Source: Eledone cirrhosa (Eukaryota). From it: a stretch of 64,000 bases of DNA. The notes beneath the pieces are model-generated. The model did no database searches. It saw nothing but the letters and a program-made list of their open reading frames with translations, and was not told the DNA's origin. The DNA is taken from NCBI GenBank assembly GCA_964016885.1, contig OZ024765.1:13578001-13642000 (forward strand), written 5' to 3'. Below are positions 58,045-64,000 of the stretch, piece by piece (within the stretch, counting starts at the first letter, position 1; each line of letters begins with the position of its first letter). A program made the position numbers and the translations under genes.

Positions 58045-61000
58045 CTGTTACCTACATAGAGCACTCTTTTTTCCTGGACTTTTCCGACGGAATTACTTCA
58101 TTTATACATATATATATATATATATATATAGCAGAGTCAAGGGAAACAACTCGTGAAAATTACTAAAGATTAAAACCATTACTCACGCACAGGCATCAAA
58201 CAGACAATTCTGGTAAAAGATCTCAACAATAATGTTTGGCAGAGAAGCACGACATTTAGCAAAGACAAGTCCATGTTTAATAATGCTACATGTCTCTGTG
58301 GCCCAGGGTTTTCGAAATGGATTTTTCTGGAACAAAATATGAAAATATTTCAGAGGTTTAGCTTTAAAATGAAAACACACACTCCTTCTTCTTTGCCCCC
58401 CCCCCCACTTATTTCTGAGAGGGTTGTTGTTATGTGTGTGTGTGTGGGGGGGGGGGGGGGGGCACACAGAGTCCTCAAACTCTCTTTTCAGCAGGTCAGG
58501 TCAGAAGCAACCACTACTTCTCCAAATTGAGAGATCACATCTTCAATACTATGGGCATGTGGTTAGAATGTCTCAGGAAAGAATCGCTGGAGATATTTGT
58601 AGCTCAGAAATCAGACAGTCACTCGAGGAAGAGCCATTACTTCTCTGAATTGAGAGATCACATCTTCAATACTATGGGCATGTGGTTAGAATGTCTCAGG
58701 AAAGAATCGCTGGACAGATTTTACTGGCAAAATCAACCAGCAAGAGACCCAGGGGTAGACCCACCCCGAGCAATATGGTTGGATAACATCCATGAGCTTG
58801 GTTGGTCTCGCTTGGGGATCCAGTTGGATCAGTTGGAGACAGTTGCTTCTGACAGGACCTATTGGAAAGAGTGTTTGAGGACTCTGACCCCATGACACTC
58901 TCAGGAATAAGTGGGCAAAGAAGAAGAAACTAGTCCTTCATCAGAAGATAGAATTAGAAATAAAAGATGAAATAAAAAGCAAACTACAACATATAAATAT
59001 ATATATATATATTTATAATAATAATTATATTTATATATAAGAATATAAATAAGATAAGGGTAATATAATATGTTACCCAATTACCAGTAAGAAGGTAGCT
59101 CAATGTAAAATATCAGATATAATACAGAGCAGAAATATAACATAAATAACAATCAAATTGTTTAAAACATTTAATAGCTTATGATTGCTTCATCCAGATA
59201 GAAGCCTGTATTCACCAGAGCATATAAAGGTTAAAACAAATATATTCCTATTCACTTAGCAGGATATATTATAGGTGAGAAGACTAAGTATAAGTGTTAA
59301 TATCAATTTATTATAGAGCAAGAGTATAAAAATTGATGTTAATACTTATACTTATTCTTCTCACCTATAATGTATCCTGCTAAATGTTCAAGTGAATAGG
59401 AATATATTTGTTTTAACCTTTATATGCTCTGATGATTCCAGACTTATATCTGGATGAAACGACTGTAAGCTATTAAATGTTTTAAACACAATTTGATTAT
59501 TATTTATGTTGTACATATATTTATCTGTACCTCACATGGTTCATAACTCTCTGAATCAAATTTATCAGTAAATGGACATTCGTAGACTCTCCATGAGTGG
59601 GCAAACGAAGAAGGTTTCTGTTCAAGTGACTTCTGCTTTGATAAGAAGTCGTTGTTCATTATTCCATCAAAATTACCACACAGTCCTTCCACTTTTTTCA
59701 TCCATATTTTCTTCAGGTAGACATAAATTCTTGTACCTCATAACGATAAAATACTTCTGATTAATTTTTAATTACTAGAATTTTTTCCATATGCTGATGC
59801 TTGTTTGTATGTGCATATGCATACATTTATATTTATGAGTATATAAATATAAATGCACAAACACAGACACACTTTCAAAAATACATGTTCACAGACATAC
59901 ATTCACACAAACACACTCATAAATTCACACAAACACACACATACATTTATACACACACACAACATAGTTTTTTCACCATCCCCTTCCTTCCTTTTACACT
60001 CACACACACATTCACGCAGGCAGCAGATGTAAAGAGAGAGGAGTAGTACGAGGTAGTCAAACTACTCCTCTCTCTTTATGTGTTGTGACAGAATCGCAGA
60101 AATTTATATCTAGATAAATAAACAAATACTCTTTATTGTAAAAGATACAAGTTTCTTTTGTGGTTATGGCACCACTTGTTATGACACATTCGCCACCTCC
60201 AACTTAGTTGCTTTGGCCACAATCCCAGTACTGTGGTCCACAATGCAAAGGACAGGAAGATAAACAACCATGAATGAGGCCAGCTAAACCTACATAGGCG
60301 TGAGCTGTAACAACATGATAGGACTGGGGTCCCTATCATTAAAACACCAAAGAAACTTTCCTATGAGATACAACCTTGTAGGAGGCCAGCTAAACCTACA
60401 TAGGTGTGAGCTGTAACAACATGATAGGACTGGGGTCCCTATCATTAAAACACCAAAGAAACTTTCCTATGAGATACAACCTTGTAGGAGGCCAGCTAAA
60501 CCTACATAGGTGTGAGCTGTAACAACATGATAGGACTGGGGTCCCTATCATTAAAACACCAAAGAAACTTTCCTATGAGATACAACCTTGAATGAGGCCA
60601 GCTAAACCTACATAGGTGTGAGCTGTAACAACATGATAGGACTGGGGTCCCTATCATTAAAACACCAAAGAAACTTTCCTATGAGATACAACCTTGAATG
60701 AGGCCAGCTAAACCTACATAGGTGTGAGCTGTAACAACATGATAGGACTGGGGTCCCTATCATTAAAACACCAAAGAAACTTTCCTATGAGATACAACCT
60801 TGAATGAGGCCAGCTAAACCTACATAGGTGTGAGCTGTAACAACATGATAGGACTGGGGTCCCTATCATTAAAACACCAAAGAAACTTTCCTATGAGATA
60901 CAACCTTGTAGGAGGCCAGCTAAACCTACATAGGTGTGAGCTGTAACAACATGATAGGACTGGGGTCCCTATCATTAAAACACCAAAGAAACTTTCCTAT

Positions 61001-62468
61001 GAGATACAACCTTGAATGAGGCCAGCTAAACCTACATAGGTGTGAGCTGTAACAACATGATAGGACTGGGGTCCCTATCATTAAAACACCAAAGAAACTT
61101 TCCTATGAGATACAACCTTGTAGGAGGCCAACTAAACCTACATAGGCGTGAGCTGTAACAACATGATAGGACTGGGGTCCCTATCATTAAAACACCAAAG
61201 AAACTTTCCTATGAGATACAACCTTGAATGAGGCCAGCTAAACCTACATAGGTGTGAGCTGTAACAACATGATAGGACTGGGGTCCCTATCATTAAAACA
61301 CCAAAGAAACTTTCCTATAACATACAACCTTGTAGGAGGCCAGCTAAACCTACATAGGTGTGAGCTGTAACAACATGATAGGACTGGGGTCCCTATCATT
61401 AAAACACCAAAGAAACTTTCCTATGAGATACAACCTTGAATGAGGCCAGCTAAACCTACATAGGTGTGAGCTGTAACAACATGATAGGACTGGGGTCCCT
61501 ATCATTAAATTACCCAAAAGAAATCCCTATAAGACATAATCGTATTAGAGACCAGCCTCTACATAGGTGTGAGCTCTAACAACAACAACATGTTAGGACT
61601 GAGGTCCCTATAATTAAGACACCTCCTATGAGGCCAGCTAAACATACATAGGTATGAACTGTAACAACAATATGATAGGACCTGTGGTTCCTATCATTAA
61701 AATATTCAAGAAACCTTCTATATGTTACATTGTAGGAGGGTGAAGGCGTATGGCTAAGTGGTTAGAGCATTGGGCTTCCAATCGAAAGGTTGTGAGTTCA
61801 ATTCTCAGACCGGGTGATTTGTTGTTCCCTTGCGCAAGACAGTTTATTTCAGGTCGATCCAGTTTACTCAGCTGTAGAAATGAGATGATAGGGACTGGGG
61901 TCAATATCATTAAATCACCCAAGACACCTCCAACGAGATATACCTTGGAGGAGGCCAGCTAAACCTGCATAGGTGTGAGTTGTCACACACATTGTAGGAG
62001 GCCAGTTAAGCCAAAAAATTAATGAACTGTATCAAGAACAACATCAACAACAACAACAACCTCAATAGTAACATTAACAACAACAACAGCAACTATACAA
62101 TATATAAATAAGTTAATATTTACCTTGATCCCACTGCACAGTCAGACCAAACCTTGTAAAAATACTGAGAAAGAATCCAGACTTCCTCACCAAAACATTT
62201 GAAGAAATGTACCCTATCTCTGGTATTTCCACATCGTTTATTGTAGCTGGTTTACCTCGGAATAGATTTATAACATTCCCTTTCAAAGAAACAGTGATCT
62301 CTTTTGTACATGTCACCCCACTAAGACCACATTTAACGTTACGAATAACTATAGAAAATGAGTCGTCCTCTGTCGATTGTGCCATCACGTAGGCACAGTC
62401 TCCTTGAAATGAGTAGAATTTACCATCGAAAGTTTGATAATGTGGGTCTCCAGAGACGAAACAGGTAC
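325..62468 (-). CDS. Partial multi-exon gene: gel-forming mucin / SCO-spondin / hemocytin-like secreted protein (VWD-C8-TIL-LDLa-PTS-F5/8C-like-PTS), 55 predicted exons, open at both ends
   Basis: Every predicted exon has an AG acceptor and GT donor on the minus strand. Intron phases match from exon to exon, giving a continuous stop-free frame of about 3222 nt. VWD, C8, TIL and LDLa cysteine patterns are followed by T/S/P-rich repeats. Confidence 0.88.
1462..1630 (+). mobile_element. tRNA-derived SINE with CORE-like segment, amplified with the array (further copies start at about 4171, 6880, 9589, 11201, 13910, 16172, 17123)
   Basis: A-box-like tgcttagtggttag, degenerate B-box and CORE-like tgtgtccttgagcaagacacttt. 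Free-standing relatives lie at about 27154 and 61742. It is preceded by an RTE RT-like scrap (about 1335-1460, reading like VDSFCYL...ARIRLGW). Confidence 0.7.
19721..19756 (-). pseudogene. Degenerate (pseudo) micro-exon [12 protein letters not shown]
   Basis: 36-nt homologue of the array exons, but the donor reads G|TTATGG instead of G|GTATGT and the acceptor reads ttttagag. Confidence 0.55.
20695..20730 (-). CDS. Micro-exon [12 protein letters not shown] (36 nt)
   Basis: ttttccag| acceptor, G|gtatga donor, phase 1-1, PTS composition. Confidence 0.8.
20830..21470. repeat. RTE-LINE-derived roughly 123-bp tandem units (one inverted piece plus about 4 direct copies)
   Basis: Translates to [30 protein letters not shown], a post-RT RTE-clade motif. 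The same unit occurs at 56.3-57.2 kb and 58.5 kb. Confidence 0.75.
21880..22370 (-). mobile_element. 3' fragment of an RTE-like LINE with internal duplication
   Basis: [17 protein letters not shown]...LWEP..G...[14 protein letters not shown] motif of LINE ORF2 C-termini, partly duplicated around a (TA)n tract. Confidence 0.75.
22597..22623 (-). CDS. Micro-exon DLFPITTPR (27 nt)
   Basis: ttcttcttgcag| acceptor, G|gtatgt donor, phase 1-1. Confidence 0.75.
22742..23150. repeat. Degenerate copies of the 106-bp minisatellite family
   Basis: gaggccagctaaacctacataggtgtgagctgtaacaac core is shared with the 60.3-61.7 kb array. Confidence 0.8.
23470..23932 (+). mobile_element. 5'-truncated RTE-clade LINE 3' end
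   Basis: LNGSETWA...EASMLRWMC...LREKL...RRLRWYGHV motifs, ending in a (GAT)n tail. Confidence 0.85.
24235..24267 (-). CDS. Micro-exon [11 protein letters not shown] (33 nt)
   Basis: ttttttag| acceptor, G|gtataa donor, phase 1-1, GC-richer island in a very AT-rich intron. Confidence 0.65.
24551..25818 (+). mobile_element. 5'-truncated CRE-like (restriction-like endonuclease) non-LTR retrotransposon
   Basis: [10 protein letters not shown] and [11 protein letters not shown]...FQRIS....GNA.SIL motifs. A-rich tail at about 25798-25818. Flanked by a 23-bp direct repeat with 2 mismatches (24528-24550 / 25819-25841). Confidence 0.7.
24851..25770 (+). mobile_element. Non-autonomous Helitron-like element
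   Basis: 3' hairpin tacccag-gcaatg-ctgggta (25741-25760) followed by CTAG|T. Degenerate 5' ctgtatatatataaaa then (gtct/gtgt) repeats. Internal sub-repeats. Confidence 0.65.
26367..26499 (-). CDS. Exon: second part of the same domain ([25 protein letters not shown]...[12 protein letters not shown])
   Basis: tttgcag| acceptor, A|gtaagt donor, 133 nt, phase 0-1. [10 protein letters not shown] resembles the C-terminal strand plus Cys of F5/8C domains. Confidence 0.8.
26525..26960. mobile_element. Head-to-head pair of a second tRNA-derived SINE family (minus copy about 26525-26720, plus copy about 26742-26960)
   Basis: A-box tggcagaatcgg, B-box gagttcaa, conserved body ttgcctttcatcctt..ggggtcgataaaataaagtaccag. 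Further copies at about 27890, 32140-32580, 54575, 55275, 57825, 63497, and one in each unit of the 33-51 kb array. Confidence 0.75.
27154..27540 (+). mobile_element. CORE-like SINE followed by a SINE 3' segment ending in (tgaa)n
   Basis: ggcttagtggttagag / gagttcaattc boxes, ttaggaagggcatccagctgtag segment, simple-repeat tail. Confidence 0.65.
28076..28347 (-). CDS. Exon: first part of a Cys-bracketed beta-rich domain ([11 protein letters not shown]...GWVV...TVTVKL...NVYQYHVTM...IIGTK), possibly F5/8-type-C/discoidin-like
   Basis: Complex coding-like island between repeats. ctgcag| acceptor, |gtatgt donor, 272 nt, phase 1-0. The domain name is inferred from the residue pattern only. Confidence 0.8.
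28350..29152. repeat. Roughly 22-bp AT-rich minisatellite (aaacagYtattatataatgta)n
   Basis: Directly visible tandem units filling almost the entire intron between two exons. Confidence 0.95.
29166..29192 (-). CDS. Micro-exon SHPTTVPAL (27 nt)
   Basis: atctttccag| acceptor, G|gtttgg donor, phase 1-1. Confidence 0.65.
   Translation of the reverse strand, partial: ATQQQCQL
29900..31632. repeat. 49-bp minisatellite, about 35 copies
   Basis: Unit cagtgtggactgggagcctttttaccRtgtctcctacaYgaccacctta. It grows out of a SINE-like element (29735-29900) whose reverse-oriented relative at 54880-55145 has only about 2 units. Confidence 0.95.
31765..31788 (-). CDS. Micro-exon VTVGGVTT (24 nt)
   Basis: ttttcag| acceptor, A|gtatgt donor, phase 1-1, Thr-rich. 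Confidence 0.7.
32593..51709 (-). CDS. PTS micro-exon set 1: 11 exons of 33-42 nt encoding VS(x)ITTPSYTPT-type repeats
   Basis: Exons at 51674-51709 ([12 protein letters not shown]), 50493-50525, 49596-49628, 46334-46366, 45431-45463 and 34860-34892 ([11 protein letters not shown]), 47721-47756 and 43630-43665 ([12 protein letters not shown]), 36355-36390 ([12 protein letters not shown]), 34042-34077 ([12 protein letters not shown]), 32593-32634 ([14 protein letters not shown]). All are atttcag|...G|gttt, multiples of 3, phase 1-1. Confidence 0.8.
37525..40962 (-). CDS. LINE ORF2: apurinic endonuclease + reverse transcriptase + C-terminal CCHC zinc finger (1145 aa)
   Basis: APE motifs NVRGL, GDWN, YLDRV, SDH. 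RT motifs [34 protein letters not shown]-terminal CPRC...H...C. Uninterrupted frame. Confidence 0.97.
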   Translation of the reverse strand: MADIRVGFLNVRGLGLSWKQGKLLNDLRSHRIDVMAICESRISSEHQLAPLFDDFEIFASLCQPGGGGGVVVLLRKHLGLAIQKVHLDPEGRLVVLDVGSSESGALRLIAVYAPFWAARPEYFQRLETFLGTSRSLLLVGDWNGILDARWDYVGACANRGGCKSLKRLIGRFDLADRYRLDFPTVPLWTWTNRSGTSRSYLDRVLVRENDRDTFSCPKMFMVDYSDHKLVTCIANLDRTHRQGPGYWKLNLSLPRSKAYSKRISTLVKQNLTGAIVNNRWWSSLKRAIRIESIGFSQELARDRNKTERELVDRVEEAIRSGNVAGVLASRMALDQFFEVKHEGCVVRSKIRALGNEGAKAVSWARVIEAKSGNKSTIRSLKDQDGRVILEPGQMCAAFQRHFARLFERGGAPGETMDFNPYLDGLPRLSDAEAKSCERTISAAEIGAALSQCGKRKSPGLDGLPYELYVAMPDLFSDILEAVYCNWQQNGRIPSSVTKGVVTLVRKDENKGDDISNFRPITLLNTELKILAKVLAKRLALVVGNLVGEAQTCAIPSRSIHDNLHLMRYIIERVGNEPGFGGALINLDQSKAFDRVDHRYLDAVLAAAGFGPVFRGWIAAMHSSNVCSRVKVNGHLSEPFQIMRSIRQGCPLSSLLYVLALEPLLRKLERLQGIPLEPGLQKAASAYADDVTVMVSKTSQIGEIGTLLEEYERFTGAKLNRDKSVGLQLGTWRGKPMPSNDVVGRWTEGPVKLLGVWFGPDLQVEKNWNEVTARVFALTQKWAQCKLSLKGRAEVANTYIASVIYYRLTVVPCPVKRLAKMECALFQFLWNKRTPLVRRSICCQHPSKGGLGMPWLQMRKHALRLRHLQVFLTGQPVWAPFVRRAFPRLVSLTELQSWVKQRPRKVGDWHIECAQALTALWKADPAISGDSTSTFYRGLVRSRCDDALGEALGMEEDELASLFGRTFGPGPMDNFQKSLAWQCYRGALPVRDKLHRHGSLGRDPLNKICPRCVHDDETVAHAFVHCPGIADLWGYVERLLSRVGPIRLTTESIVTIKPPPPFKNEGEAVFLCVVAMAKEVVWWTRLKGLRSDTFLSGQQLVPFFKYHFKRRIRMEREVLYPSKFYERWVKVGRMARVNGSSLYISL
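40984..42725 (-). CDS. LINE ORF1 (gag-like, CCHC zinc knuckle, Pro/Thr/Gln-rich tail), split by a 1-nt frameshift at an A8 run
   Basis: The frame from ATG 42725 (MDGIF...) contains [14 protein letters not shown]. After the A8 run (41744-41751) the -1 frame continues KALLPTP...EPNR* and stops 21 nt before the ORF2 ATG. Confidence 0.8.
52460..52614 (-). CDS. Exon: E-module end plus LDL-receptor class A repeat ([51 protein letters not shown])
   Basis: LDLa signature C..F.C...CI....CDG..DC.DG.DE..C. tttcag| acceptor, |gtaagt donor, 155 nt, phase 2-1. Confidence 0.93.
52784..54198. repeat. 1.4-kb (GAA)n / GAAGGCAAA polypurine tract
   Basis: Directly visible. Shorter relatives at about 28040, 55940, 57740 and 63783-64000. 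Confidence 0.97.
54212..54308 (-). CDS. Exon: TIL end / E-module ([33 protein letters not shown])
   Basis: Read manually. CVxxxxCPC...G..Y....C..C pattern is typical after TIL. gtag| acceptor, |gtaacg donor, 97 nt, phase 1-2. Confidence 0.9.
56036..56185 (-). CDS. Exon: TIL domain ([21 protein letters not shown]...[14 protein letters not shown])
   Basis: TIL motif CxEGCFCPxG. ttcag| acceptor, |gtaagt donor, 150 nt, phase 1-1. Confidence 0.93.
56310..57210. repeat. Roughly 123-bp minisatellite (about 8 copies) derived from RTE LINE coding sequence
   Basis: gatca(c/t) landmark at 56321, 56442, 56568, 56689, 56812, 56935, 57058, 57181. Confidence 0.9.
57288..57397 (-). CDS. Exon: C8 domain part 2 ([36 protein letters not shown])
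   Basis: Read manually; this frame is not in the ORF track. Matches the mucin/VWF C8 pattern CDxGGDCECxC...WRxxxLCP. cactag| acceptor, |gtaagt donor, 110 nt, phase 2-1. Confidence 0.93.
58187..58326 (-). CDS. Exon: C8 domain part 1 ([16 protein letters not shown]...[11 protein letters not shown])
   Basis: C8 cysteine spacing. ttccag| acceptor, |gtgagt donor, 140 nt, phase 0-2. Confidence 0.92.
58500..58930 (+). mobile_element. RTE-like LINE 3' end, the source-type copy of the 123-bp unit
   Basis: Two units followed by RPRGRP...[15 protein letters not shown]...VASDR..W C-terminal LINE motif and a short GAA tail. Confidence 0.75.
59139..59510. mobile_element. Fold-back element / MITE (imperfect palindrome with arms of about 170 bp)
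   Basis: For example cagagcatataaaggttaaaacaaatatattcctattcactt pairs with aagtgaataggaatatatttgttttaacctttatatgctctg. Centre at about 59320. Confidence 0.85.
59531..59736 (-). CDS. Exon: VWD C-part ([31 protein letters not shown]...SWRVYECP...EPCE)
   Basis: GLCGNFDG motif. Joins the previous exon as the expected WDQG-TRIYV. 206 nt, phase 1-0, acceptor gag|GT, donor |gtacag. Confidence 0.92.
60266..61720. repeat. 106-bp minisatellite, 12 near-identical copies plus degenerate tail
   Basis: gaggccag landmark at 60276, 60382, 60488 ... 61442. Confidence 0.95.
61742..61890 (+). mobile_element. tRNA-derived CORE-like SINE
   Basis: tggctaagtggttagagc A-box and gagttcaattc B-box. Same body as the array copies. 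Confidence 0.75.
62124..62468 (-). CDS. Exon: VWD domain N-part ([30 protein letters not shown]...[10 protein letters not shown])
   Basis: Classic VWD motif GDPHYxTFDG. Acceptor tttag|GT, donor G|gtaaat, 345 nt, phase 1-1. Confidence 0.95.
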
Positions 62469-62664
62469 CTAAATAGAAAAGAAAGTAAAAAAAAAAAAAC
62501 AAAGAATTATTGTGAAAATCGTATATCTAAAGACATACGGTCTTTAGGTATACTACATACAGCCGTCTGACTCATGCTAGCATGGAAAATGGACGCAAAA
62601 CAGAGGTATGATGATACACGTATATACACACAAATATATATATATATATACTATTATCATGATA

Positions 62665-62700
<36 letters not shown>

Positions 62701-62728
62701 CCATTATTATGATATATATGTGTGTGTA

Positions 62729-62760
<32 letters not shown>

Positions 62761-62778
62761 CCATTATCATGATATATA

Positions 62779-62819
<41 letters not shown>

Positions 62820-62984
62820 GTTCCCAGTGAAAAATAGTTTAATTAGGAATAAGTAAAAATTAGTAATAAGTATTGGTTAGTATTCAGTTTGGGTTTTAAG
62901 TTTTTACCGGTTGCGCATTTCTAATGCTTTTCAAAAATAATTTTGAGATAGAGCGCTCGTGATGTTTGCTCTAATCTGTATATA

Positions 62985-63021
<37 letters not shown>

Positions 63022-63782
63022 AAGGAAAAAAGATGAAATCGAAAATGCAACTGGAGTCTTTTATTTTTTAAATATATTTATTTGGTTCCTTTACCGGTTT
63101 CGCAGTTCTTCTGCTTTTCAAAAGTAGAATTGAGATGGAGGGTTTGTGGTTTTTCTCCCACACACACACACATATATATATGTATATATATATATATGTG
63201 TATATTATGCTGGTACCACAAAAGACCCAGCCCACTTACTGTTTGGTTTGGATTGGTTTTTGCTTCTGTATATTTTATATCTTCATAGTTAATTTAACTG
63301 GCAATCATATGGAACAAAACCATCTAACCCATGCTACCATGGAAGATGGACGTTAAATGATGATGATCATGATGATATATAGTCTATCAAAGTTCTTTCA
63401 TCACACACATGTGGCATCATCAGTGGGACTATTATGTTTCCTCCCATTGTATTGTAATGTCTACTCCACTTTTATTATATATATATAATAAAGGGTAGTG
63501 GATTGGCAGTATCGGTAGAGGGTCGGACACCATGCTTTGCAGCAAAGAGTTATGGACCATTATGGTCTGAGTTCAAATCCTGCCGAGGTTAGCTTTGCCT
63601 TTCATCCTTATGGGGTCGAGAAAATAAAGTACCAGTAATACACAGGGATAATTGCTGGCCTTGTGCCAATAGTAGAAACAATTATATATATATATATATA
63701 AAGTTTGTGGCCTAGTGGTCAGGGTGTTGGTCTTACAATCATAATGTAAGGAGTGTTTGAGGACTTCCCCAATGGCCTTCTC

Positions 63783-64000
63783 AAGAAGAAGAAGAAGGCA
63801 AAGAAGAAGAAGAAGAAGACGGCAAAGAAGAAGAAGAAGGCAAAGAAGAAGAAGAAGAAGACGGCAAAGAAGAAGAAGAAGGCAAAGAAGAAGAAGAAGA
63901 AGAAGAAGAAGAAGAAGAAGAAGAAGAAGAAGAAGAAGAAGAAGAAGGCAAAGAAGAAGAAGAAGGCAAAGAAGAAGGCAAAGGCAAAGAAGAAGAAGAA
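63783..64000. repeat. (GAA)n / GAAGGCAAA tract running off the window
   Basis: Directly visible. Confidence 0.95.

Noticed and set aside
60133-60339. Cys/Trp-containing ORF as an additional exon
   Set aside because: It starts inside the 106-bp satellite and has no compatible splice sites. The VWD exons on either side join without it.
29900-61720. CRISPR-like arrays (49-, 72-, 106- and 123-bp periodicities)
   Set aside because: Units are contiguous with no unique spacers, there are no cas genes, and the context is eukaryotic intron.
61742-61815. tRNA gene
   Set aside because: A/B boxes are present but run directly into a SINE body found in many copies. No convincing cloverleaf or terminator.
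325-62468. Assigning a specific gene symbol (MUC2, MUC5AC, SSPO, VWF, Hml)
   Set aside because: The domain content is shared across these families and the gene is partial, so orthology cannot be determined without a phylogeny.
63240-63265. Possible upstream micro-exon (tacag|...|gtaagt)
   Set aside because: It is 26 nt, has no pyrimidine tract and lacks the Cys pattern expected before a VWD domain. Likely chance splice-like motifs.

Overview
Eukaryotic, AT-rich and very repeat-rich genomic DNA. The SINE types, RTE fragments and microsatellites suggest an octopus or other coleoid, but that is an inference. Nearly the whole window is the interior of one minus-strand, multi-exon gene for a gel-forming-mucin / SCO-spondin / hemocytin-like secreted protein, with both ends outside the window. 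Reading splice sites by hand gives 55 GT-AG exons that join in frame (about 3.2 kb, about 1,070 codons). Domain order is VWD (GDPH), C8, TIL, short Cys module, LDL-receptor class A, Thr/Ser/Pro tract 1, a putative F5/8-type-C-like beta domain, then Thr/Ser/Pro tract 2. The main result is that the PTS (mucin) tracts are not one large exon. They are encoded by 46 symmetric phase-1 micro-exons of 24-42 nt that the ORF track misses, most of them embedded in tandemly amplified intron+exon units. One array (1-19.5 kb) has 2709-bp and 9739-bp higher-order repeats. The other (32.5-52.4 kb) has roughly 4.1-kb higher-order repeats built from CAC tracts, a 72-bp minisatellite and SINE pieces. A near-intact, full-length Tx1/L1-clade LINE of 5.65 kb sits inside the 72-bp minisatellite. 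Other introns hold minisatellites of 22, 49, 106 and 123 bp, long GAA tracts, SINEs, RTE and CRE fragments, a nested MITE > CRE > Helitron structure and a fold-back element. All exon calls are predictions from sequence only, with no transcript evidence.
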